Of a stretch of 64,000 bases of DNA, positions 1 through 11,908 are shown one piece after another (positions within the stretch are counted from its first letter, which is position 1; each line of letters opens with the position of its first letter). Made by a program: the position numbers and the translations under genes. Below the pieces are notes generated by a model, which was not told where the DNA came from, did no database searches, and worked only from the letters and a program-made list of their open reading frames with translations. Source of the stretch: Leptogorgia sarmentosa (Eukaryota). The stretch is from NCBI GenBank assembly GCA_964658305.1, contig OZ210885.1, positions 6,448,001 through 6,512,000 of the forward strand, in the 5' to 3' direction.

Positions 1-545
1 AGAGAAATTAGCAAAAGGGACCAGACCCAATTGCTAAGCTATATCGCCATAAGTGAAATTAGCAAAGGGACAAGACCCAACTGCTAAGCTACATCGCCAT
101 AATTGAAATTAGCAAAAGGGACCAGACCCAATTGCCAAGTTAGATCGCCATAAGAGAAATTAGCAAAAGGGACCAGACCCAATTGCTAAGCTATATCGCC
201 ATAAGAGAAATCAGCATAGGGACCAGACCCAACTGCTATGCTGTGTCACCATAAGTGAAATTAGCAAAGGGGACCAGACCCAACTGCTAAGCTACATCGC
301 CATAATTGAAATTAGCACAGGGACCAGACCCAATTGCTAAGCTACATCGCCATAAGAGAAATTAGCACAGGGACAAGACCCAATTGCTAAGTTATATTGC
401 CATAAGAGAAATTAGCAAAAGGGACCAGACCCAATTGCTAAGCTATATCGCCATAAGTGAAATTAGCATAGGGACCAGACCCAACTGCTACGCTGCGTCG
501 CCATAAGTAGAATTAGTAAAGGGACCAGATCCACTTGTTAAGCCA
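1..545. repeat. ~50-52-bp tandem minisatellite (about 10-11 units), each unit a small hairpin; lies in the 3' region of the Ngaro-like element
   Basis: Unit GCCATAAGAGAAATTAGCAAAAGGGACCAGACCCAATTGCTAAGCTATATC repeats head-to-tail with point changes only. Internal stems TTAGCA/TGCTAA and GGG/CCC. The array runs off the window start. Confidence 0.9.
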
Positions 546-610
546 CAGCGCCCGCGCAAGCACTAGCCATGAACACAGGAAAAAACCCCCATACAATTTA
601 ATACCGACAA

Positions 611-1546
611 TTATGTTACAGTATTGCTAACTAAGCGCTCAGGCACAGCTTCTAAAATATTGTGCGGTGTTTGTACATACAGTTGGTAGGCGTTGCTAAA
701 CCACCTCCCTAACGTCTTAATCAGATGGTCGGGAACACCCGCTGCTGCTGCAGACATGGCCGCCCCAATGCGGAAGCTATGACCTGAAAAGTTTCCTTTT
801 AGACCAGCACGGGAAACCGCAGTTCGGAGCCAGGTTGTCAATATGGTACTCGTCAGTGGCGATCCATTCGTGTGGCGAAACAGCGGTCCGGCGCCTCCCC
901 CACGCAAATGAAGGTAGCGCAGGAGAGCCCTAACAGCACAAATTTCGTTGCCTGACAAGCCAAGACGAATGGTGTGCCCTTGGCGAAACGGGTCGGTTTT
1001 TGAGCATTTGATGCGAAGAAAAATAACTTTTGGGTCCAGACGCTTGTCAAATTGGATATCATCCACTGAAAGGTGGATACGCGAGTCAAATTTCGAGGTC
1101 GACGTAGTAAACTCTCCTGAGCGTAGAAACCCGAAAAAACCGGTACAACAGGCTGCCCAGAATAACGCATCGTCATAGCACGCGAAATTCAACACCGCGT
1201 GGATACGGGACAGCACCGTGAATGTAACGGGTAGCCGTTCACTCTTCGAAACACCCTGGGCGCGTTTGACACCCCACAGAACCCTTTCCAGCCTCAGACA
1301 GCTCGCTAACGGGTTTGCGAAACCATTTTCGATATGTAGCGAGCGTATGCCAGCTAAGTAGACTTTAATCGATGACGCTTTGATAGTTCGGGACAGATGC
1401 GTGACAAACAGCATTAATGTCCATTCGGAAGCAGGCAAGGGAGAACCGTTTGCATTCAGACTCTGGCTCCAGCGACAAAACTCGAGAAACCTACGTTGCG
1501 CCGAGTCGTACGTTCGCCGGGTGGTACTAGCAATGCCTTGAAACAT
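611..1546 (-). CDS. Tyrosine recombinase (integrase) of the Ngaro/DIRS element
   Basis: 311-aa open frame with catalytic motifs FGFLRSGE (R), SKTD (K), HSFRIGAA (HxxR), LGRW and AYQLY (Y). Confidence 0.92.
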   Translation of the reverse strand: MFQGIASTTRRTYDSAQRRFLEFCRWSQSLNANGSPLPASEWTLMLFVTHLSRTIKASSIKVYLAGIRSLHIENGFANPLASCLRLERVLWGVKRAQGVSKSERLPVTFTVLSRIHAVLNFACYDDALFWAACCTGFFGFLRSGEFTTSTSKFDSRIHLSVDDIQFDKRLDPKVIFLRIKCSKTDPFRQGHTIRLGLSGNEICAVRALLRYLHLRGGGAGPLFRHTNGSPLTSTILTTWLRTAVSRAGLKGNFSGHSFRIGAAMSAAAAGVPDHLIKTLGRWFSNAYQLYVQTPHNILEAVPERLVSNTVT

Positions 1547-2414
1547 TAAAGTTCTTGCCTGCTGTTGGAGTTCTCGGAGTTCAGACAGGCGAGCAAAGAC
1601 ACCGGGATCTGCACCGGGTGTGGACGGGCCTGTGGAGCCAGCTGACGAAACGCCTGCAGGTTAAAACGAGACAGGGAATCAGCTATCCCATTCTCTTTGC
1701 CCGGTATGTGTTGTGCTGTGACTTTAAAATTAAAGCGTGTTGCACACAGAAATAACTCTCTTAATAACTGCATGAGGCGGCTGTCTTTCGAAGTGCCCGA
1801 TGACAGGATGGCTACGACACTTTGGTTGTCACAATAAAACTGGATACGGCGGTTGCGCCAGGTATTCCCCCAGACATTACATGCAAGTACTATGGGGAAT
1901 AGCTCCTTATAAGCAATACTCAATGGCCGCTGGGCGGCAGACCACGCGCCGTTGAACCATTCCCCGGAATAAAATGCGCCCTACCCATCGCTGCCTGAAG
2001 CATCGGTGGAGATGAAAACTCAGGGACTGGGGCCCATTCTGGTAAATCGAAAAAGTAAACTCCGTCCCAAGCAGGCAAGAAAGACCGCCACCACTCAATA
2101 TCCAGTTTACACTCCTTATTCAAGCGTATAAACCGAGAATGTTTGCTGGAGTAACCTTTCAGTATTTCGAGGAGACTGCGCAAAAAGGTACGCCCCTGCG
2201 GGACGACTGCACATGCATGGCCTAATTTGCCTTTAATCTGCACCAACGTTTGGTGGCCCATTCATGGAGGAGGACAATGAGCTCAGTCTGTTTATCGGTT
2301 GGTAGTCGAGCGGTCATGCTAACTGAATCTAACTCAATCCCTAGAAAAACCAAGCTAGTGGTGGGGCCCACGCATTTGTCCGGGGACAAGGGTATACCAA
2401 TATCAGTCGCCGCC

Positions 2415-3117
2415 GCAATTTTCCGTTTCGTAAACCGCCAGGGTCACCAGTTACAATCAGTGTCACCACTTTTAACATACGTCACATCCGGCTTTAAATT
2501 TAATAATACATGAAGTCCATTTATTCTGATAAATTATACTAAACCCAAACGCTAAACCTAACCCTAACCTTATAACAGTCAAACTCTAAACACTTAAAGC
2601 AGTTTAGGGTTTTAAAAAATTGTTTTCAAATTTTTCCAAAAAGAAACAAATCGGAAGTTATGCAAGTGAAAGCAACCTTTGCCCGGCTCCGCTTAAGCTA
2701 CGTCGAGTACAGCACCCATACCAAACACGCTCGTACACGGCTAAAAACGCTCATGATGCAACATTGATGAAAAAGGATTGAACAATGTTGTGCTGCCCAC
2801 ATTGTTCGCAGTTGTCAACAACATTGATGCAATATTGTTACACCCGATTCAGTCTCAACAACATTGTTCAACATTGTTCAACATTGTTAACAAGCGTGAA
2901 CAATATCGGCAGCACAACATTGTTCAATGCTGTTGACAGTGGGCTCATAATTTTTAGACGTGTAATTTGCTCGCTGAAAATCCGCTAAAAAGTGCCTATT
3001 TATAAGAATAAATGGACTTCATGTATTACTAAATTTAAAGCCGGATGTGACGTATGTTAAAAGTGGTGACACTGATTGTAACTGGTGACCCTGGCGGTTT
3101 ACGAAACGGAAAATTGC
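2415..3117. mobile_element. Non-autonomous Mutator-like MITE, copy 1 (703 bp)
   Basis: ~110-bp TIRs start GCAATTTTCCGTTTCGTAAACC. 9-bp TSD GTCGCCGCC at 2406-2414 and 3118-3126. Confidence 0.9.
2736..2962. mobile_element. Small CAC...GTG MITE nested inside the Mutator-like MITE (also at 7556-7802)
   Basis: Termini CACGGCTAAAAA / TTTTTAGACGTG flanked by TA, with internal AACATTGTTC repeats. Same architecture as 23600-23870. Superfamily (EnSpm/CACTA-like) is an inference. Confidence 0.65.
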
Positions 3118-3901
3118 GTCGCCGCCTGGTCAATCACTTTGAGACGCAACGCACAGACATCAGAGTTAGGAGGTCCTAAGGTAGATCCAGTACGTTCCAA
3201 TTATGAACTAAACACCAGTGGAATAAATCGGCCACGCTATTAAAAATTCCGGGCGCGGAACGCAAGCCAAAGGGTAAAGTTAGATAAATATAGTAACTAC
3301 CTTGCCAAAACATTCCCAATAAATGACGTCGGAAGGATGCACTGGAATAATGCGATAAGCACTTTGAATATCCACTTTACCCAGTAAGGCACCGCGTCCG
3401 GCTCTAATGATTAGTGAAATAGCATCAGAGGCTTTACTATATGTGAGGGTAAATTCCTCCTTATTAACACCATCATTTACGCTATGCCCAAACGGAAAGG
3501 ACAAATCGAGAATTAAACGCCAACCACCGTCTTTTTTAGGAATGACGCCAAAACGACTTATTTGTAGGTTATCTAATGCTGGTTCTGGGGTAGGATCAAA
3601 AACCCTACCCAGAGACACTTCTTTGGCAAGGTATTTTGTGATTACTGACGGGTGAGCGAGGGCAGATGGACAATTAGCCTTGGCAGACTTAAGAGTTGTA
3701 GATTCCGAGTGAAAACTGAGACGGAACCCGTTACGTAAACCATTTAAAACATAATCCACTTAACGGCGGTCCGGATGACTACATAATTGTAAAGCTAAAT
3801 TGTCTACATTAATTGGGGTAACCGAAGAAACGTCAGGCATGTTCAAAGTAGTGTTAAATGGTAGACAAGACAAGATATTGTTATTTAAAACACCGTCCCT
3901 C

Positions 3902-5832
3902 TTAATCGCGTCTCGCTTGGCGCCGCCGGCTTGATTCTGCGCCAGGACTACGCCCTCGTTTACGCACGCTATTTGGGCAGTTGATTCTACGGTGTGCTCC
4001 GCCACACCCGTCTTGGTCGCATCGATGGCGAAATCTACAGTATTCGCGTGGACTGCTGCAGGACCCTGAATTCCATGATTTGCAAACAATCACCACGAGG
4101 TTCGCGATGTCGTGACGCTTGTGATTGTGTGGGCTGGACCGCTACCGACGTATGGTAGTGATACAGATCGGCATTGATTTGACTTGGATGCAGCCGCTTC
4201 GAGGCGAAAGGCGCGATCATAGTTGTACCAGCACCGTTCTGGAAATTGCTTAGCCATGCGTATTATTAGCGCCATATATGCCAGTAAATCTCACGCTCTC
4301 GCAGGATAAAACGCCCTGATGACTGCTATATAGCTATTGAAGCACTCGACCCCTTAGGCGTACGGGACCGGTAAATTCTGGAGGGGCGGTAACCTTTTTG
4401 CCCGAAAATTTCACATTGCCCAAAAAATATGAATGTATACCAATATACCAATTCTATTGTTGAACGCATGTCGCGCAATTAAAATATACACCTCAAAAAA
4501 AGAAACTGTTTCTTCCCTTTCTTCTGCCAAAAATATCAATAATGCGATCGACGTTATTCATAGGCCCTTTCCATGTTAATCAGTGCGATGCTGTTGACCC
4601 GCGTTTGGCTCATCGTATTGAGCCAAACGTTACTACGTTCTAGTACTAGTACTACGTTCCGCAGAACATGATGTGGCTGGTATGACTGCAAGTATTTCAA
4701 ACAAGTGGTGCTCTTGCATGAATCCAAGGACTTCAGAAAGTTTCTTTCCTTCGGGCAGTCCATGCTTAAAACAAAATGTGCTGAACAGCTTCTGTTCTAC
4801 CTGTAGAATGTCTTCATCCATGTCATAAAATTTGGCAACTGTAGTAAAGCTCTCCATTTTTGGGGTTTCACTTTGGCAGACATCGCCAAGGGCGTAAAGT
4901 ATTTGCTGATCATTTCCGCTGAATCGTACTTCAAGCTCGGAAAGTATTTTGTCGATAGAGCGGTAATGTGTTGATTCTGTGGTGAGATTCTGGTGTCATC
5001 TGAATGCGATCTCCAGGTGATTCACCAACAAGCGCTTGTAGACGTCGTGATGTCTGATGGCGTGGTACTGTTGCTTCTCGTACTTTAAACGACGAATTTC
5101 CCAGCCAGGACTTCATCTTCAGACCCATTTGTAATGCCATTTGCCAAACGAGGTCAAAATTGCTGCCGCCCTCCCCGCCCTGTACGCCTATGCTCGACCC
5201 ACGTCAGGATATCGTATACTTCATTTTTCTTGCGCGACGCAGTAGTAGTCGTAGGGACAATCGAGTGACCTTCGATAGTAAATGAAGGTAGATCGACGGA
5301 TGGGCTCTCTAGATTTTCTGGGATAAGGTCCGACAACTCGATAAATTTATGCCACAATTTGCGAGACAATTTTTGCCGAAATAGGCGGACGGCCAGGACC
5401 CAAAATAAAGGCCTGGTTGAGACCGGTATTAGTTCCTGTGGAAACTAGTGGTGAGCTAGGAAGGGAGCTGGCAACATGGGTACCAAGGGTGTTCTCAGTC
5501 CGGTTAACTCCGCGCGATTGCGTCGACGATATCGACCCCGAGATCCCAACAAAAGAAGGAACAACTAACATACCTTCATTTGATGCCCGACTGCTTGTTG
5601 CGCTTACCGTTGGTGTCATAGTTGCGGGACTAGGCTCACCCAACTGCTCGAAAACAGCGACTTGCGACGTACTCGGTCCACCACGCGCTCCCAACGTCTT
5701 TGCGACGGCGTCGGTTACAGCACTTTGAATACCCGCGCAAAACTCGGGCGATTTGAACGCTGCCGTCCAGTCCACGGCCGACGACGACATACTACCAACT
5801 TGTTCACTCACAATCTCTCTCTCTGGTTCCAT
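3902..5832 (-). pseudogene. gag-like ORF1 of the Ngaro/DIRS element, split by a hAT relic
   Basis: Removing 4353-5192 plus one TSD joins DILTWVE to CFNSYIAV. Also present are WYNYDRAFR and a C-terminal Cys/His cluster CKSWNSGSC..C...HRC...CGGAH...C. Frameshifts and stops are present. Confidence 0.8.
4353..5192 (-). mobile_element. Internally deleted hAT element
   Basis: TIR C(A/T)TAGGCGTAC. 8-bp TSD CTCGACCC at 4345-4352 and 5193-5200. Retains the dimerisation-domain remnant LAVIPATSCSAERS...NTMSQTRV. Confidence 0.88.
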
Positions 5833-7057
5833 TGTATTCCAATTCAAAAAATTTTCCTCTTTTTCACTACTCTTGTGTATATACAGACCTTCTGCAGTTA
5901 GCTATATGTTAGCGAATGACATGCGAACCAGCCTGTCACTCTATATTCTGGCTTTGTGGCTAAGCTGTACCCAGGCTGCGCACCGGTCGGTGAAAACTAA
6001 AAAGTGACATAAAATGACTAAAGTGTTAGTACAGATACAGGACATATGGACGGGACAAATACACAGACTTAATACTAATACTGTATGAACACTGTATACA
6101 TACATCTTTGCTAGGACAAGCGTCGATAAGTTCTCCTAGTATAACTATAGTATCTCCCCGTATCCCCAATGTATAGAAGGTCCACACAGTTCTATGTTCG
6201 ATGAAAAGTAAAAACAGTTTGGGGTTTTATGGCTTTATAGCGTCGCCCACGTTTGTTAAGTTTGAATAATTGCTGCCGAGCGCCAGCGAGGCAGCACACT
6301 ATTCTTGACGTCACTTGACACGTCACTGGACCCAGTCTTCCGCGCCGATCTATGTATTGTCGAAAAGTCGATCTTTTCTCTGTCTCCCATTTCCGGGATG
6401 ACAGTGGACAGATGAATATGTGGGGGAGTGAATGTTCACGTAAAATACCTAGTTCGCACGCAGGTTTCCTTCCATGTGCTCAAGTTTTACAATTTACACA
6501 AACGATCGGAAATTTCAACGTAAAAATATGTCCCAATTACGTGAAAGGAATAACGGAGGAACTGTAGTAGATAAAGCGTAATCTATGAGTTCTCCGTATC
6601 AATGCTGCCTCTAGACAACTTTTATAGCCAGAATTTCTGGTATTCCTTTCGTATTTATACCAGGAAGAAAAGACCGCGGCTAAAATAAGTCGCGAACGTA
6701 ATCTTTTATACGGTATTTCACGAACCCTGGGCAAAAATTAGCCGCTGCTTATTCGCAAAGAAATTGTGCGTTTATTATACAGACGTTCGCGACTTATTTT
6801 AGCCGCGGCTTATTCTCCTCGTAGGAGTTTGACTAATGGTCGCGGGTCGCGTGTCGCGGGTAAAAAGTCGCGTGTCGCGGGTAAAAAGTCGCGGGTCGCG
6901 GGTAAAAAGTCGCGGGTCGCGGGTAAAAGTCGCGGGTCGAATAAAGTGTGTAAAAATCACGTTATCATTTTGAATTTATTTAATACTGTTTTAAATAACC
7001 ATATAATATATATATATATATATTCATACTACGACATTTTAGTATGCATACGACTAA

Positions 7058-10000
7058 TCAATAATCATACAACTCTATATTTAAGTCGCTGTTCTCTAAC
7101 ACTTGTTTCTGGAGAGCGCTGGTCGATGCGAAGAGGCTTGACGACAAACGCACGGAGCCAGTGAATAGCGGATCTTTACGTCTGATATGGTCAGAAATGG
7201 GATGGTAATAGGTATTAGTAAAGTCCGGACTGTAAACATAGGAATGAGTAACATGATCCTTTTGCATTATCCGTCTATCAACGTGCTTTACGATGATATT
7301 ATATGGCTGTTGCCTATATTTATCAACAAACTCGCAGTTACAGCCATAACATCTTCGAACATTTGTTGGCAATATCACAAGTTCGTAATGGTACGGCGAC
7401 GCAATTTTCCGTTTCGTAAACCGCCAGGGTCACCAGTTACAATCAGTGTCACCACTTTTAACATACGTCACATCCGGCTTTAAATTTAGTAATACATGAA
7501 GTCCATTTATTCTTATAAATAGGCGCTTTTTAGCGGATTTTCAGCGAGCAAATTACACGTCTAAAAATTATGAGCCCACTGTCAACAGCATTGAACAATG
7601 TTGTGCTGCCGATATTGTTCACGCTTGTTAACAATGTTGAACAATGTTGAACAATGTTGAACAATGTTGAACAATGTTGTTGAGACTGAATCGGGTGTAA
7701 CAATATTGCATCAATGTTGTTGACAACTGCGAACAATGTGGGCAGCACAACATTGTTCAATCCTTTTTCATCAATGTTGCATCATGAGCGTTTTTAGCCG
7801 TGTACGAGCGTGTTTGGTATGGGTGCTGTACTCGATGTAGCTTAAGCGGAGCCGGGCAAAGGTTGCTTTCACTTGCATAACTTCCGATTTGTTTCTTTTT
7901 GGAAAAATTTGAAAACAATTTTTTAAAACCCTAAACTGCTTTAAGTGTTTAGAGTTTGACTGTTATAAGGTTAGGGTTAGGTTTAGCGTTTGGGTTTAGT
8001 ATAATTTATCAGAATAAATGGACTTCATGTATTATTAAATTTAAAGCCGGATGTGACGTATGTTAAAAGTGGTGACACTGATTGTAACTGGTGACCCTGG
8101 CGGTTTACGAAACGGAAAATTGCTACGGCGACAGTCCTGAATGCCATATTGGTGAAGGTGAAGTAGTGGTAGAGGGAAGCTGAGGCCGACTGTAAGGTAA
8201 TCGTGGGAATATTGGTCTTGTCATAATGTTATAATCATTTGCATTTGCAATGGTCTGTCGATCATTTTGGATTGTGGGAAAACGACATGAAAAGTTGGGA
8301 GGGAATGGACTGGAAGCATGATGTCCTGGATGAATGTTAGTACTAGCATAGGCCATAGAGGTTTGAGACGGTGTGGCAGGGCTGGTTATACCTGGCTGGA
8401 TCGTACGCGTTGCAGATTGAGTGTAGCTACCGAACTGGTCATCGTTGTCTGCAGTTGGGGGAATTCGCGTATGCGAAGTTGAAGTGGAAGACACTCGCTT
8501 ATCTTTTGTCTTTGTCTTGGTGCTTTTTTCCTTGGCCTTGCGCTTCTGAGTGGGGCGATGTCCAGATTCACCATCAATGTTCTCTCCAAGTTCGCTTATC
8601 TCTCTCCCAAAACGCGCAGCCTGGTCAAGACTGCGTCTGTAGTTTCTGTGTGCAGAGGAAGGACCGGTTCCACCTGACGACGTCCCTTTTTTGTACTCTC
8701 TCATGTGAGCTTCTAATAAAATGCTATCTCGCGTGTCCATATTTGCAGCCTCGAGCAGGGATAAATTGCTTCGATCTCGATGCGCCCAGCCAGCATGAAT
8801 CACTTCTGCTTGGTTCATTTTGGGTCCACCTGCGGGCGTGAAAGCGTTGAAGATAAACTCTCTCCGGTCGTCCCACCACTTCAACCATGATTGTAAAAAC
8901 TCGCGATCAGGTTTCTCGTTAGCAAATTTAGTGAGATTACTCATTGCAGCTGCATAACCCTCGCCAGTCTGTGCAACCAACAGAGCTTCGCACATGTCTT
9001 TAAACTCCTGTGCACTTTCCTCGTCAAGTTCTCTGGCTTTCTTGTTGCGATTTTGCTTAAAATGAAATTCGCAGGTTTTCACTCGTTGTAACGCCTCGCT
9101 CCCAAACACATCCCTTATTCCGATAAGATTGGCTCCAGCCATATCAGTGCTCCATCCCGTGGGATTGAAAGTGCAAGTGCTGGTTGTTGCTTTACTTAGT
9201 GCTTCTTGGAATAGCGTCCAAAATAACGTCACGCATCGTGAGTCCTCTGCCTCGGTTTCCATCACTGCTAAAGGAATTTGCTTCTTTAGCAACGGGTTAT
9301 ACACGCTTGCCGTAAGAGTTGTATAATTTCTACAACGTTTTTTCTTACCGTCAAAGAAACAATATTCTTTGTTAAGAAAATGGTCACCGTCTTTATTCAT
9401 ATTTTTTGCCATTAATAGCTTGGCTTTACTTGTCTTGAAAACATAAGTTGGTAAATCGGGGTTGCCTCGTGAGTCGTTTATTTTATACACATAATAGGGG
9501 TCTTTGGGATCGCAAAAATGTTTGAACGTAACCAGTGCCTCGAAGTTTTCTCCCTGGGGATTGAGTTCTCGTCTAACTGCCTGCTTCTGGTTTGAAATCC
9601 ATTTACAGTCTACCAGCTTACTTGCCTCTTTGTCGATTTTGCCCCACGATTCTCCTTCTCGCAATAACGAAACAAGCAGAGCTGACTGAACTTGGGAAGG
9701 CTTTAAGGTTGGATCTCTTTTCAGCATATTCCTCACATTGGCAACTGGCTTCTCTGACTTGGTATACACTGGACAAGTGTGGTTACCACAGTGAAATACT
9801 TTCATTTTCTGTCCTTTAATAAAGATGTAGCGTCTAGCAGGGCAAGCAACAGATTCTGCAGTTACTCCACAGGCTGTGCACTTTCCTTTACTGAACTGCA
9901 TCTTGTTTACAACCCCATATTGAGTTTTATAGATGCACTCGTTGTTGTTACATATGAGAGATCCACGACAATTTGCGAACCGCATATCGCCGTATTCAGC

Positions 10001-11908
10001 CCAACTTGTCGCCGAATCTTTGGCCCAACGCCTACCGTCAGATGATAGAGCCTTCCTTTTAGCTTTCACGTCTACAATATTCTTAATTGAATATTTTGCC
10101 AGTCCATCAATTCCGTTCGGTAACTCGTCCACTTTCTCCTCGACGAGCTACTAGTGGAAATTCTCACTCGTCGTTCCGGTTTACGCTTTATTACTGGTGT
10201 CCTATAATCAAGATGAAATAGTTTAGATTTTCGTATAGTTAATTATGATATTAGTAGGTATTGAGGTTGTCAATACGTACAACATTGTAAGCTATTGTAT
10301 AACATGGGTGGGGAATGAAAGTGATAATCCTGCGTTCAATTTCACAATTTCGGGGCCTTACTTTTTCGGAGACGTGCCTGTTAAATCGATGACCTCGACC
10401 TATAAAGAAACAGGACTAAATGAACATTTATTAACGTAGTAAACTTGTGTAACGTAAATCATTTACTCGGTTAATCGCCTTTCACAATTCGAGGCCAAAT
10501 TATTAATCACCCCCCCCCCCCCCTCCCCCCCTTCCGTATGGTGTGTACTTTTCGGACTTATAACGTTTACCTTGTTCCAGAATGAGCCATGCGCAGTTGG
10601 TAGAATTGGTATTCCTGGCTTACAATCCATTTCGTCGTCCCACGACTCGAATTGTGGCGACTTCTTTACCTGTTAACATGGCAATTTAACACATTGTGTT
10701 ACAATAGTATATACGAGTAATCCACCGATCCGCACATTATATATACCTAAACCAATAAATGTATTGCTCAAAAAAACATTTCCCAAACATATTGGATATG
10801 TACTTTGCACTTATTTTTATAACTCACAGCCTTTCAACAAATCCAATAAGCTTTCTTAATAACATGTATGAGAAAATAATATAGAAGTCAGACTTATAAC
10901 CGACAACCTATTGAATTTTTTGAAGAGATAAGCCGAAAAAGTAATGAACTAGAAGAATGCTGTTTCCAGGATGTTAAGGTGTTCTTTAATAACGCCTCAT
11001 ATTAGTTTGTCTTTGCGACGTCCGAATGTGCATAAACAAACGTCTTGACAGACATGTAAATAGATTAAAGTGCCCCTGTCATAAAATTGGAATTTGAATT
11101 TTTGAAATCTATGATATAAAATATGGGGAAATCTGAAAAAAATGCATTTTTAGTTATTGCCGTTCAAATTTTGCTTTTGAAAAATCTGAGAACCGCACAA
11201 AAGAGACTGGAACTATAAATGATGCTTGTGACGTAATAGTAGGAACTATATAAAGAACGCCATTTCACTTCAGCTTATGCACTCTGGAGAAGAGGCAGGA
11301 AGCGCGACCAAGAAACAAGCCTTAATGATTATACTTATAAATTATATGTATAACTACTTTAAATGATCTTTTTTAGCATGACTCAACAACTCACTTGAGG
11401 TTGAGGCCCGTTGAGCCCTTGCACAATACTGTAAATTGATTTATTTACTGGACTTACGCTTCTAACACCTTGCGTCGCTTGAGCTTGAATCTCTCCCGGT
11501 ATGATAGATGGGCTGGAAGGTTCCTCAGTTGAACTACCATCACTCTAACAAGAAAATTAACAAAATACATAATTGTATACAATGCGAGAACAATGAATAC
11601 AACACTTCTAATCAGTCACAAATCCATAACTGACTTACAATTTCTATTGCACTTGAAGAAGGCTGTTTTGTTAAGGCAGCAGTGTTGGTTGAAGAACTCT
11701 ATAAGATTAACGACATCCTTTTCATACTTTGTCAGCAGCAAACATATTAGAAGAATTACACGGATCTTACCTTGCTGATTTCCAAGACTGACTTAAGGGC
11801 AACTTCCTCATCTACGTTTTGGTATTTTTGCCAGTTTACTATCCCCACTTGTTCGTCCTCACTAGCAGAACCACGAACGACTTCGGAGTATAAAAGTTGT
11901 TTCGACAT
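7058..11908 (-). pseudogene. Spliced MULE-type DDE transposase with GCM-like N-terminal Cys/His domain; disrupted by a frameshift near 10145 and a MITE
   Basis: Open, phase-compatible exons 11771-11908, 11458-11544, 10571-10669 and 10362-10399, then a large exon from 10201 (extra small exons possible). Motifs FFDGK, WSTDMAG, CEFH (CxxH) and NQAE. Excising 7401-8123 plus one TSD restores ...HSGLSP-YHYELVILP... into the 7058-7378 ORF (CYGC...YYH). Confidence 0.82.
7401..8123. mobile_element. Non-autonomous Mutator-like MITE, copy 2 (723 bp), inverted relative to copy 1
   Basis: Same TIRs as copy 1. 9-bp TSD TACGGCGAC at 7392-7400 and 8124-8132. Differs from copy 1 by two extra 10-bp internal repeats and about two substitutions. 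Confidence 0.9.

Larger units (their letters stand above)
1546..3900 (-). pseudogene. Reverse transcriptase / RNase H of the Ngaro/DIRS element, disrupted
   Basis: Motifs GVIPKK-WRLILDLS, KVDIQSAYR, LPLGLRSAP, LVFLGIELD, SIAYKEL, FYCDNQSVV and NGIADSLSR are present. There is a premature stop at 3760, several frameshifts, an apparent deletion of the YLDD segment near 3180 and a MITE insertion at 2415-3117. Confidence 0.88.
1..6200 (-). mobile_element. Tyrosine-recombinase retrotransposon (DIRS order, Ngaro-like), inactivated; ends approximate
   Basis: Gene order gag - RT/RNase H - YR on the minus strand, with no methyltransferase ORF seen. Interrupted by insertions at 2415-3117 and 4353-5192. 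The 3' terminal repeats lie outside the window, so the 5' boundary is approximate. Confidence 0.88.

Noticed and set aside
1..545. CRISPR-like look of the hairpin repeat
   Set aside because: Units are contiguous with no unique spacers, there are no cas genes, and the context is eukaryotic.
611..1546. Phage or integron integrase indicating bacterial contamination or HGT
   Set aside because: It directly follows gag and RT/RNase H in the standard DIRS/Ngaro layout.
6674..6810. Inverted repeat CCGCGGCTAAAATAAGTCGCGAACGT as the end of the MULE
   Set aside because: It lies outside the TIR/TSD boundary at 6825 and is probably an older MITE fragment with unresolved ends.
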